Both the position numbers and the translations under genes were made by a program. From an uncultured Acidobacteriota bacterium (GTDB lineage: Bacteria; Acidobacteriota; Thermoanaerobaculia; Multivoradales; SZUA-115): 64,000 nt of DNA. The notes under the pieces were generated by a model, which made no database searches, had not been told where the DNA came from, and worked only from the letters and a program-made list of their open reading frames with translations. The stretch lies in NCBI GenBank assembly GCA_963805975.1, contig CAWDVR010000001.1:1184001-1248000 (forward strand), written 5' to 3'. Position 1 is the stretch's first letter; every line of letters starts with the position of its first letter. This document shows positions 33,471-42,572 of this stretch, piece by piece.

Positions 33471-34736
33471 GTGAAGAAAGTCTTGCTGGCGCTGGCGATC
33501 GTCCTCGTCCTGGCGGCCGCCGTGCTGGTGGCCGTCTTCGTCACCGTGGGTGGCGCCAAGAAGGGCAAGCAGATCTACGCCGACCCGGTCGTGAGGCGCG
33601 ACCTGGTCGAGCTGGTCAAGGCCAGCGGCGAGGTCAATGCCCGGGTCAAGGTCAACATCTCCTCGCATCTGATCGGCAAGATCGAGAAGCTCTACGTCAA
33701 GGAAGGCGACGAGATCGCCGCCGGCAAGCCGTTTCTCGAGCTCGAGAAAGAGGCCTTCGTCGCCGCCCGCGACGACTGGTCCTCGCGTCTCGAGATGGCG
33801 AGGAACGAGGTCGCGCAGGCGAAGATCAACCTCGCCGACAGCGACCTCAAGGTGGAGCGGGCGCGCCGGCTGACCGGCGAGGGCATCCTGACCAAAGAGC
33901 AGTTGGAAGCCGCCGAGCTGGCCTTCGCGTCCGCCCGCCTCCGGCAGACCGCTGCCGAGGAGCAGGTGGTGCAGGCGCGGGCCAACCTCGTCAAGGCGCA
34001 GGACGACCTCGCCAAGACCACGCTCTTCGCACCGCTCTCCGGCCGCGTGGTGAGCCTCAACGCCGAGGAGGGCGAGGTGGTGGTCTCCGGCACCATGAAC
34101 AACGCCGCCTCGGTGATCGGCACCATCGCCGATCTCTCCGAGATCCTGGCCGAGGTGGACGTCGACGAGACGGAGATCGTTCACGTGCGGGTGGGCCAGA
34201 GCGCGACGCTCAGCGTGGATGCGCTGCCCGACCGCACCTTCGCCGGCCGCGTCATGGAGCTCGGCAGCTCGGGCTTCAACCGCCCCCAGCAGCCGGACGT
34301 CACTTTCTTCCGCGTCAAGCTGCTCTTCGAGGCCCCGGACATCGAGCTGCGACCGGGCATGTCGGTGCGCGCCAACATCGAAACCGCAGGAAAGAAGGAC
34401 GTGCCCGTGGTCCCCATCCAGGCCGTGGTGCGGCGCCCCCCGCCGGGGCAAGAGGGGGCCGAGACCGGCGCGCGCGGCACCGCAGGGCGCGAGGCGGAGG
34501 AGATCGAGGTGGTGTTCGTGATCACCGGCGGTAAGGCTGTGCAGCGGGCGGTCGAGACCGGCCTCGCCGACGAGACCGACGTCGAGATCACCTCCGGCCT
34601 CGCCGACGGCGACCAGGTGGTGAGCGGCCCCTACCGCATGCTCAAGGACCTCAAGGACGGGGACGCGGTGACCATCGACGAGCGCCAGGACGAAGACGAC
34701 AAGGACGGCGCAGACAGCAAGGACGGGAAAGACTGA
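33471..34736 (+). CDS. MacA-like membrane fusion protein
   Basis: N-terminal [29 protein letters not shown]. Confidence 0.9.
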   Translation: MKKVLLALAIVLVLAAAVLVAVFVTVGGAKKGKQIYADPVVRRDLVELVKASGEVNARVKVNISSHLIGKIEKLYVKEGDEIAAGKPFLELEKEAFVAARDDWSSRLEMARNEVAQAKINLADSDLKVERARRLTGEGILTKEQLEAAELAFASARLRQTAAEEQVVQARANLVKAQDDLAKTTLFAPLSGRVVSLNAEEGEVVVSGTMNNAASVIGTIADLSEILAEVDVDETEIVHVRVGQSATLSVDALPDRTFAGRVMELGSSGFNRPQQPDVTFFRVKLLFEAPDIELRPGMSVRANIETAGKKDVPVVPIQAVVRRPPPGQEGAETGARGTAGREAEEIEVVFVITGGKAVQRAVETGLADETDVEITSGLADGDQVVSGPYRMLKDLKDGDAVTIDERQDEDDKDGADSKDGKD

Positions 34737-35419
34737 TGGCACTGATCGAGCTCGCCGACGTCCACAAGGTGTACGACATGGGTGCCGTCCAGGTGCGCGC
34801 GTTGAATGGCGTCAGCCTCCAGATCGAGCGTGGCGAGTACCTGGCCATCATGGGCTCCTCGGGTAGCGGCAAGTCGACGCTCATGAACCTGCTCGGCTGC
34901 CTCGACACCCCGAGCTCCGGCAGCTACCGGCTGAACGACACCGCCGTGCAGGGCCTCTCGGACACCCAGCTCGCGGCGATCCGCAACAAGGAGATCGGTT
35001 TCGTCTTCCAGACCTTCAACCTGCTGGCGCGGACCAGCGCGCTCCACAACGTCGAGCTGCCGCTGATCTACGCCGGCGTGGCGCGAGGGGAGCGGCGGCA
35101 GCGCGCCGGCGAGGCCCTGGAACGGGTCGGCCTCAAGGACCGCATGCACCACCAGCCGAACGAGCTCTCGGGCGGCCAGCGGCAGCGGGTGGCGATCGCC
35201 AGGGCGCTGGTCAACCGGCCTTCGATCCTCCTCGCCGACGAGCCTACCGGCAACCTCGACTCGGCCACCTCGGCCGAGATCATGGAGCTCTTCAGGGGGC
35301 TGCACGACCAGGGCAATACCGTCATCCTGGTGACCCACGAATCCGAAATCGCCGCTCACACCCAGCGCCAGGTGGTGCTCAAAGATGGGCGCGTGGTGAG
35401 CGACCAGCGCGCTGGCTGA
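34736..35419 (+). CDS. MacB/LolD-like ABC ATPase
   Basis: [31 protein letters not shown]. Confidence 0.92.
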   Translation: MALIELADVHKVYDMGAVQVRALNGVSLQIERGEYLAIMGSSGSGKSTLMNLLGCLDTPSSGSYRLNDTAVQGLSDTQLAAIRNKEIGFVFQTFNLLARTSALHNVELPLIYAGVARGERRQRAGEALERVGLKDRMHHQPNELSGGQRQRVAIARALVNRPSILLADEPTGNLDSATSAEIMELFRGLHDQGNTVILVTHESEIAAHTQRQVVLKDGRVVSDQRAG

Positions 35420-35425
35420 GGCGAC

Positions 35426-36655
35426 ATGCTGCTCTTCGAGAACCTGGCCATCGCCTGGCGCTCCCTGCGCGCCAACCTGATGCGCTCGATCCTCACCATT
35501 CTCGGCATCATCATCGGCACCGCGGCGGTGATCGCCGTGGTGTCGATCGTCCAGGGCCTGCAGTTCATGATCGTGGGCCAGTTGCAGGGCGTCGGGGCCA
35601 CCTATGTGATGGTGATGCCGATGCAGCAGCGCAACGATCCCGGCATGGTCGCCAAGCAGGTGAAGCTGACCTGGGAGGACGGCCAGGCGATCCTCGAGAA
35701 GGTGCCGGGCATCCACGCCATGACGCCGATGATCGCCGGCAGCCTGCAACTGAAGTACCTCGACCGCCAGCACTCCGCGATGATCATCGGTTGCCTGGAC
35801 AACTACCCCGAGGTCAACAACCACACCGTGGACGTCGGACGGTTCTTCTCCCGCTTCGACGTCGAGCACCGCCGCAAGGTGATCGTCGTCGGCCGCGAGG
35901 TGGTGGAGGAGCTGCGGCTCGGCTCGGAGCCCATCGGCAAGGAGATCTACGTCGGCAACCTGCGCGCCACGGTGATCGGAGTGATGGAGGAGCGCGGCCA
36001 GACCCTGGGACAGAACGTGGACGATCTCGCCCTGGTTCCCTACGACACGGCCCTCGCGCTCTTCGGCCGCCGGGCCGGCGACCAGATCCAGCTCCGCCTC
36101 AAGGCCGATAACGTCGCGGTGCTGGATCGCGTCCAGGAGGGAATCAAGCAGCTCCTGCGGCAGCGGCACAAGATCCCCGAGGGTGAGGACGACGACTTCC
36201 AGGTGCTGGTGCAGGACCAGATCCTGTCGGTGGTGAGCTCCGTGCTGGGCGGCATCACCGCCGTGGTCGGCGCCATCGTCGGCGTGGCCCTGCTGGTGGG
36301 CGGCATCGGGATCATGAACATCATGCTGGTCTCGGTCACCGAGCGCACGCGGGAGATCGGAGTGCGCAAGTCGGTAGGCGGCCGCAGGCGCGACATTCTG
36401 ATCCAGTTCCTGATCGAGGCCGTGACCCTGTCGCTCGTCGGCGGCGCCCTCGGCGTGGTGCTCGGCTACGGCTTCGGGGTGGCCGCGGTGGCGCTCCTGT
36501 CGCTCACCGGCATCGATTTTCCTCCCGCTCACGTGCCGCTCTGGGCCGTGCTCCTCGCCTTCGGCACCTCGAGCCTGGTGGGCGTGGCCTTTGGCATCTA
36601 TCCGGCCGGCAAGGCCGCACGGCTGGACCCCATCGAAGCCCTGCGCTACGAGTAG
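35426..36655 (+). CDS. MacB/FtsX-like ABC permease
   Basis: RSILTILGIIIG, GGIGIMNIMLVSVTERTREIG, AARLDPIEALRYE. Confidence 0.93.
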   Translation: MLLFENLAIAWRSLRANLMRSILTILGIIIGTAAVIAVVSIVQGLQFMIVGQLQGVGATYVMVMPMQQRNDPGMVAKQVKLTWEDGQAILEKVPGIHAMTPMIAGSLQLKYLDRQHSAMIIGCLDNYPEVNNHTVDVGRFFSRFDVEHRRKVIVVGREVVEELRLGSEPIGKEIYVGNLRATVIGVMEERGQTLGQNVDDLALVPYDTALALFGRRAGDQIQLRLKADNVAVLDRVQEGIKQLLRQRHKIPEGEDDDFQVLVQDQILSVVSSVLGGITAVVGAIVGVALLVGGIGIMNIMLVSVTERTREIGVRKSVGGRRRDILIQFLIEAVTLSLVGGALGVVLGYGFGVAAVALLSLTGIDFPPAHVPLWAVLLAFGTSSLVGVAFGIYPAGKAARLDPIEALRYE

Positions 36656-36737
36656 CCGCTCGCTCGCGGCGTTCTGTCCCGTTCAGCGGGCGTGGTAGCA
36701 TTCTTCACGCGAACACGCGATCCCTCGGAGGTTTCCG

Positions 36738-38603
36738 ATGCGCTCTCCCCGGCCCTTAGAGCCCGCAGCCACGAGCTTGTCCACGACGGAGAGACCCGGT
36801 AGCGACCGTGCGCTGCTGGGCCGCGCGGCGCGTTTCTGGATCGTGGCCTTCGCCGCCTGCATGGTCGTGCTGCCTCTGGTGCTCAGCGTCTACGCCGGCT
36901 CGTTCACCCCCAACGGCACACAGCCGCCGCTCGCGCACGCCATCATCGAGCCCGGGATCTGCGAGAGCTGCCACGGAGACTTCAACGAGGGTGCCAACAT
37001 CGAGCCCTATCCCACCTGGGCGGGCTCGATGATGGCCAACTCCTCCCGCGACCCGCTGTTCTGGGCGGCGCTCGACGTCGCCAACCACGACATTCCCAAC
37101 GTCGGCGCCTTCTGCCTGCGCTGCCACGTGTCGTCCGGCTACCTGGCGGGCCGCACCGAGGCGCCAGGCGGCACGCCGGACGGCTGCGCGCTCGAAGGCA
37201 ACATCGACCAGCCGGACAACGACTTCGAGGGCGTCTCCTGCCACCTCTGCCACCGCATGATGGTCAACCCCAGCCCGCCGGTAGGCCAGCAGGGGGTCTA
37301 CACCGAGAACGCGCAGTACTGGCTCGACGACGCGGACTGCCCGAACGGCACCGGCTCGGGCCCCTGCCGTCGCGGCCCGTACAACTACCCCGGTGGGGGC
37401 CCCATCCCGCCGCCCCACGAGTGGGCGTTCTCGCAGTACCACGTCGACTCGACGATCTGCGGCAACTGTCACAACGTCACCAGCCCGGCCCAGACCCTGA
37501 TCAACGAGGCCGGCGTCGACACCGGGGTCCCGTACCCGATCGAACGCACCTACAAGGAGTGGCAGCAGAGCGCGTACGCGGTGGCGGGGGCAGGGTTCAA
37601 GACCTGCCAGAGCTGCCATATGCCGGATGCGACGCAGGTCCCGGCCTTCGCCTGCATCCTCGAGCAGAACAACCGCACCGGTGACATGGCCATCCACCAG
37701 TTCGTGGGCGGCAACACCTGGGTGCCGGCCGTGCTGAGGGAGGAGTACCCGAGCCTGGGGCGCACGGACGAGTACAACGCCACCATCGCCGCCGCCACCA
37801 GCATGCTGCAGGCGAGCGCGCTGGTGGAGGTGACGGCGCCGCCCGTTGCACAGCCCGAGGAAACGATCGAGGTCAGCGTCAAGGTGACCAACCTCGCCGG
37901 CCACAAGCTGCCCACCGGCTACACCGAGGGCCGCCGCATGTGGATCAACGTCGAGGCCCGGGACTCGACGAACCAGCTCGTCTGGCAGAGCGGCGCCTAC
38001 AACGCCGCGACCGGGGTGCTCACCGAGGACGCGCAGCTCAAGCGCTACCACAGCGAGCGCGGCATCTGGAACCACAACGGCACCAGCCAGTGCGACATCG
38101 CGGACACCGGCGGCAACCACTTCTTCCACTTCGTCTTGAACGACTGCATCCTCGGGGACAACCGCATCCCGCCCCTGGGCTTCACCGGCGGTGCCGACCT
38201 CGAAACCAAGCCGGTGGGCTACGCCTACCCGGAAACCACACCCGGGTCCGGCAAGCTGGTGAACTACGACACCACCACCTACCAGATCCCGCTGCCGCCG
38301 CTCACCATCCCACCGGTGACCGTGCAGGCGCGGCTCTACTACCAGATCGCGAGCAAGGACTACATCGAGTTCCTGCGCGACGAGGCGGTGACCTTCAACT
38401 TCCCGAACGACTGCATCCCGCGCACCGGCGGCACGCCGGTGCTGTCGCGCGGCGAGCTGCTCTACGACTTCTGGACCGACAACGGCCGCACGCCGCCGGT
38501 CGCGGTGGCAGTGGCGTCGGACTCGGTGGTGATCGACAACGACGTCTTTGCGAACGGCTTCGAGAGCGGCAACACCAGCGGCTGGACGCTGACCTTCCCC
38601 TAG
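36738..38603 (+). CDS. Exported pentaheme c-type cytochrome with Ig-like C-terminal region
   Basis: Five CxxCH (CESCH, CLRCH, CHLCH, CGNCH, CQSCH), N-terminal hydrophobic segment, GHKLPTG, terminal VFANGFESGNTSGW. Confidence 0.9.
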   Translation: MRSPRPLEPAATSLSTTERPGSDRALLGRAARFWIVAFAACMVVLPLVLSVYAGSFTPNGTQPPLAHAIIEPGICESCHGDFNEGANIEPYPTWAGSMMANSSRDPLFWAALDVANHDIPNVGAFCLRCHVSSGYLAGRTEAPGGTPDGCALEGNIDQPDNDFEGVSCHLCHRMMVNPSPPVGQQGVYTENAQYWLDDADCPNGTGSGPCRRGPYNYPGGGPIPPPHEWAFSQYHVDSTICGNCHNVTSPAQTLINEAGVDTGVPYPIERTYKEWQQSAYAVAGAGFKTCQSCHMPDATQVPAFACILEQNNRTGDMAIHQFVGGNTWVPAVLREEYPSLGRTDEYNATIAAATSMLQASALVEVTAPPVAQPEETIEVSVKVTNLAGHKLPTGYTEGRRMWINVEARDSTNQLVWQSGAYNAATGVLTEDAQLKRYHSERGIWNHNGTSQCDIADTGGNHFFHFVLNDCILGDNRIPPLGFTGGADLETKPVGYAYPETTPGSGKLVNYDTTTYQIPLPPLTIPPVTVQARLYYQIASKDYIEFLRDEAVTFNFPNDCIPRTGGTPVLSRGELLYDFWTDNGRTPPVAVAVASDSVVIDNDVFANGFESGNTSGWTLTFP

Positions 38604-40282
38604 CGCGGCTCGGTCTCCTCGGCGACCTCGTCGTCGGGCCGGCCCGTGCGGCCCAGCCGCACCAGTGGCTCCGCTGACTCCGGCCAATCGTCGACGCGGA
38701 TCTTCGTCGAACCCCGGCGCACCCAGAATCGCGTCCGCTTCACGTAGCCGCGCGAGCGCAGGATCTGGCGCTCCTGCTCGGGCTTCAGGTCCCAGACCTG
38801 AAAAACGAGGTCGGGCTTGTAGGTGTCGAGCGTGTAGAGCAAGTCGCTCTTGGTGTGTCCCGGCAGGTAGTTGCGGTAGGTGTCGCTGGTGATCGACGAG
38901 TTGCCTGGCCGGTGCGCCAGAGTGCGCTCGTTGTAACCCAGCGTATCCACCATCTCCCAGGTGGAGAAGTAGGCCGGGATGCCGGCCCACACCGTGGCCA
39001 CCCGGGCGTCGGCCGCGATCAGCCCGGAACGCTCGAGCCCGAACAGCACCCGGGTGTAGTTGCGATGGTCCAGGACGTGGAGCGGTGCCTCGAGGACCAG
39101 CATCCGGTTCCATGCCGGGCCGGCATCCCGGGCCAGGAGGCCGGTAAAGGTCAGCAGCCCGGCGACCGTCAGGGTCACCTGGACCAGCCGCCGTTGGAGC
39201 GGATCGCGTCGCGCCCACGCCGGGGAGGCGAGCCACTGGTTGGAGAGCGCGTTGCCCAGCACGAACACCATGGGCATGACAAAGCAGACGAAGCGGTTGG
39301 ACCCCAGGCTGGCGACCTCCCAGACATCGCCACCCACCCAGATCGAATAGGCGAAGGCGAGCAGGGCGACCGCAGCGGGCAGCAGCAGGCGCGGACGGGC
39401 ACGGGCACGGAGAGCCACGCCGCACCCGATGGCCAACAGCACGAAGAACACCGGGCGCAGAAAGAAGGTGAACGTCCACAAGCCGCGCAGGAGGCGCGCG
39501 TCGAGCGGCACTCCGACCATCTTCAAGTAGTAGGTGTTCGGCAGCAGCTCGTGGAAGTAAACCCAGCGGAAGATGCCGTAGCCCACGAGCGCCACCGCCA
39601 GCGGCAGCAGCAGGGCGAGCCAGCCCCGGCGATCCGCGATCGCGGTCACCCCGTCCCGGCGCCGGAACAGCAGGTAGGCCACGCAAGCCAGGGGCAGGAG
39701 AAGCATGTCCATGCGCAGCAGATAGGCGAGGCCCAGGACCAGTCCGAGGCTCCACTCGCGCCGAGACCCGAGCTCGGTGATATCGAGTGTCAGCAGCACC
39801 GCCATGGTCACCAACCAGGCCTGGAGAGCCGACTCCATTCCCTGGAGAGCCCAGTGGTTCAACGGGTAGTAGAACGCCGTGAGCAGCGCGGCAGGCAGCC
39901 AGCCGCCGACCCCCGAGCCCTCGAAGTGGCGCTGCATCAGCCTGCGGACGGCGAGCACGTTGGCGACCAGGAATCCCAGCGAGACGAGCTGCACGACCAG
40001 GCTCGTCTGCAGGGGACCGACCGGCAGCAGGTGGGCCCCCAGCATGGGAAGGAGCCAGAGCGGATGGGTGAAGCCCTCGACCGGTTCGCCGAACCGGGCC
40101 CAGTTCAGACCGTACCCGGCGAGCAGGTTACGGGCATAGGTCATAGAGATCATGGCGTCGTCGAACAGGCAGAAGGCGCGCTGCCCCAGGGCGACGAACG
40201 AGGTGCGCCAGATGAACCAGCCGCTCCAGAGGACCTGGGCGGTGAGCAAGAGGCTCAGGGGATGGAGGATGCGCTTGCGCAA
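38600..40282 (-). CDS. Multi-TM GT-C fold glycosyltransferase-like protein (AftB-like); start approximate
   Basis: FDDAMISMTYARNL..GL.W..GEPVEGFTHPLW, PNTYYLK, many TMs; the first start codon outside the tRNA is TTG at 40282. Confidence 0.75.
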   Translation of the reverse strand: MRKRILHPLSLLLTAQVLWSGWFIWRTSFVALGQRAFCLFDDAMISMTYARNLLAGYGLNWARFGEPVEGFTHPLWLLPMLGAHLLPVGPLQTSLVVQLVSLGFLVANVLAVRRLMQRHFEGSGVGGWLPAALLTAFYYPLNHWALQGMESALQAWLVTMAVLLTLDITELGSRREWSLGLVLGLAYLLRMDMLLLPLACVAYLLFRRRDGVTAIADRRGWLALLLPLAVALVGYGIFRWVYFHELLPNTYYLKMVGVPLDARLLRGLWTFTFFLRPVFFVLLAIGCGVALRARARPRLLLPAAVALLAFAYSIWVGGDVWEVASLGSNRFVCFVMPMVFVLGNALSNQWLASPAWARRDPLQRRLVQVTLTVAGLLTFTGLLARDAGPAWNRMLVLEAPLHVLDHRNYTRVLFGLERSGLIAADARVATVWAGIPAYFSTWEMVDTLGYNERTLAHRPGNSSITSDTYRNYLPGHTKSDLLYTLDTYKPDLVFQVWDLKPEQERQILRSRGYVKRTRFWVRRGSTKIRVDDWPESAEPLVRLGRTGRPDDEVAEETEPR

Positions 40283-40296
40283 GAGATCGAGACGGC

Positions 40297-40384
40297 TGGT
40301 GCCGGAGGCGGGACTCGAACCCGCAAGCCCGCGAGGGGCGGAGGATTTTGAGTCCTCTGCGTCTGCCAATTCCGCCACTCCGGC
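40297..40384 (-). tRNA. tRNA-Leu(CAA)
   Basis: Cloverleaf with long variable arm, loop CTCAAAA, encoded CCA. Confidence 0.97.
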
Positions 40385-40408
40385 GTAGGGCGAGGGCGTG
40401 GAGGCCGA

Positions 40409-40438
40409 AGCGTAGAGGACGCGCCTCCGAGCTGTCAA
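40409..40438 (-). promoter_or_regulatory. Sigma-70 promoter for tRNA-Leu(CAA)
   Basis: TTGACA-18 nt-TACGCT on minus strand. Confidence 0.6.
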
Positions 40439-40450
40439 CGGTGCAAGGGG

Positions 40451-40479
40451 TTGACGAAGAGGCTCCGATAGTGTATCCT
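40451..40479 (+). promoter_or_regulatory. Sigma-70 promoter for carD
   Basis: TTGACG-17 nt-TATCCT, back-to-back with the tRNA promoter. Confidence 0.7.
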
Positions 40480-40561
40480 CACAACCCTAAGCGTAAGTCT
40501 GTCATGGACTTACAGCTTCCGTTCCGCCTTTCATCCATCTATTCAAAAGGGGTCTCGCGAC

Positions 40562-41083
40562 GTGTCTTTCAAGGTCGGTCAGAAAGTGGTCTATCCGAAC
40601 CACGGCGTCAGCCTCGTAGAGAAGATCGAGCAGGGCAAGATCGACGGCAACGAACAGATGTACTTCCACCTGCGGCTGCTCTCCAACAACTCGAAGGTGA
40701 TGATCCCCCGCACCAACCTGGATCTCGTGGGCCTGCGCCCGCTCTGCCTCGAGGCGGAGATCAAGGCTCTCTTCGCGATCCTCGAGGACGGGAACATCGA
40801 CACCTACAAGGATTGGAAGGGCCGCTACAAGCAGAACCTGGACAAGATGAAGACCGGCAAGCTGACCGAAGTGGCCGAGGTGTTGAAGAACCTGCGGCTG
40901 GTCAGTCAGAAGAAGAGCCTGTCGTTCCGTGAGAAGAAGATGTTCGAGCGCGCCAAGTACTTCATCGTCAGCGAGGTGGCGCACGTGCGGAACCTCTCGG
41001 AGAGCGACGCCACCAAGCTGGTGGATGCGGCGCTCGACTCCAGTCTCTCGAAGCGCGACCAACGGGCGAAGGCGGCGAGCTAA
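40562..41083 (+). CDS. carD: CarD/CdnL family RNA polymerase-binding factor
   Basis: FKVGQKVVYPNHGV, GLRP, WKGRY, LSFREK. Confidence 0.92.
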   Translation: MSFKVGQKVVYPNHGVSLVEKIEQGKIDGNEQMYFHLRLLSNNSKVMIPRTNLDLVGLRPLCLEAEIKALFAILEDGNIDTYKDWKGRYKQNLDKMKTGKLTEVAEVLKNLRLVSQKKSLSFREKKMFERAKYFIVSEVAHVRNLSESDATKLVDAALDSSLSKRDQRAKAAS

Positions 41084-41117
41084 GATCGGAGAGGCCGGCG
41101 CGAGCCGGCCTGTAGCC

Positions 41118-41858
41118 ATGCGCCGAGCTCGCGCCGTCTGGGCGCTTCTCACTTTTCTACTCTCAGCCTCCTCGCCGGCGTTCGCCGCCGGTGAGGAGGC
41201 CGCTGCGCTCCGGCGCCAGATCGAGGTCGAGGAGCGCCTGCTGGCCGACGGGCTCGCCGCCTACTCCGACGCCCGGGACCACGAGAAGCCGGCGCTGGCC
41301 GCCCTGGCCGCCGCGGCCACCCGCTTCGACGAGGCCGTGGCCAGTGCCTCGACCACCCCCGAAATGCTCGACCGGCTGGCCGGCGAGCGCGCCGTGGCAC
41401 AGGCTGCGGCGAGCATTCTCACCGCTCGCGCCGAGACTTTGGGGAGGGCGATCGCCGATCAGCTCCGCCGGTCGCGGGCGCTCCGCGGCGAGCTGACCCG
41501 CCTGAGCGCCGCGCAGCCGGCGGGCCGGGATGCCATCACCGGCCGCTGGCGGATCGAGATCAGCGCCCCGGCCGAGACCGGCATCTTCGACCTCAAGCTG
41601 GACGGCGCCCAGGTTGCCGGCACCTTCTCGTTCGCCGGCGGCAAGTCGGGCTCGCTCAAAGGAACGTACGTGGGCGGGCGCCTGCGCCTCGAACGGATCG
41701 ACAGCCAGCGCGGCCTCGACGGCATCTTCGAAGGCAACGTGGACGCGGCGCTCGGCACCGTGCGTGGCTTCTGGAGCCCGTCGATCCTCGCCGACGGTGG
41801 CCCGGGGGGCGCCGGCTGGTCGGGCGTGCGGGTCTCGACCGGCGGCCCTCCCAACTAG
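41118..41858 (+). CDS. Secreted coiled-coil + beta-barrel-like hypothetical protein
   Basis: Signal peptide ending AFA, long helical region, ITGRW..beta-rich domain. Confidence 0.7.
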   Translation: MRRARAVWALLTFLLSASSPAFAAGEEAAALRRQIEVEERLLADGLAAYSDARDHEKPALAALAAAATRFDEAVASASTTPEMLDRLAGERAVAQAAASILTARAETLGRAIADQLRRSRALRGELTRLSAAQPAGRDAITGRWRIEISAPAETGIFDLKLDGAQVAGTFSFAGGKSGSLKGTYVGGRLRLERIDSQRGLDGIFEGNVDAALGTVRGFWSPSILADGGPGGAGWSGVRVSTGGPPN

Positions 41859-41879
41859 TCTCGACCGAAGAGGGCCGCC

Positions 41880-42572
41880 GTGAACCGCGACAACGCGCTG
41901 TTCCTGCTCATGGGTATCCTGGTCGGCGTGGTCGCGGCCTATCCGCTGTTCGAGGCCATGTCGGTGCGGCAGCCCGCGTTGCGCGTGCCAGGACCGGCCG
42001 ATGCGGCGGCTTCCGGACCCGTTCCGGGCAGCGCGGGGCCCGGTGGGGGAGCGCCGCCCGTCGAGCAGATCCGCCAGCTCCGCGAGTACGTCGAGGCCAA
42101 TCCCCAGGACGCCGACGCCCTGCTGACCCTCGCGCAGCTCAACATCTCGATCAACGACCTGCTCCGGGCCCGCACCCTCTACGAGCGCTACGTTCAGCTC
42201 CGGCCCGCGGACAGCGCCGGGGCGCTGACTCTCGCCAACCTCTACTTCGACACCCGCGAGTACGCCAAGGCGAGGGACCGCTACCTCGAGGTGCTGGCCA
42301 AGGAGCCGGCCCGGCCCGATGTCCTGACCGATCTCGGCGTCTGCTACCGCAATCTCGGCGACCCACAGCGCGCGGTGGAGATCTTCCGCAAGGCGCGCGA
42401 GCTGCGCCCCGACATGCCCCAGGCGCTCTACAACGAGGCCCTGGTGCTCGCCGTCGACCTGGCCGACTACCCGGCGGCCGACCTCCTGGTGGCGAGGCTC
42501 CGCCAGGTCCAGCCCGGCAACCCTCAGACCGAGGCGCTGGCGAGCGAGATCGAGAGGCGGCGGTCGCGCTGA
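41880..42572 (+). CDS. Membrane-anchored TPR protein
   Basis: N-terminal TM, LANLYFD, VLTDLGVCY TPR motifs. Confidence 0.85.
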   Translation: MNRDNALFLLMGILVGVVAAYPLFEAMSVRQPALRVPGPADAAASGPVPGSAGPGGGAPPVEQIRQLREYVEANPQDADALLTLAQLNISINDLLRARTLYERYVQLRPADSAGALTLANLYFDTREYAKARDRYLEVLAKEPARPDVLTDLGVCYRNLGDPQRAVEIFRKARELRPDMPQALYNEALVLAVDLADYPAADLLVARLRQVQPGNPQTEALASEIERRRSR

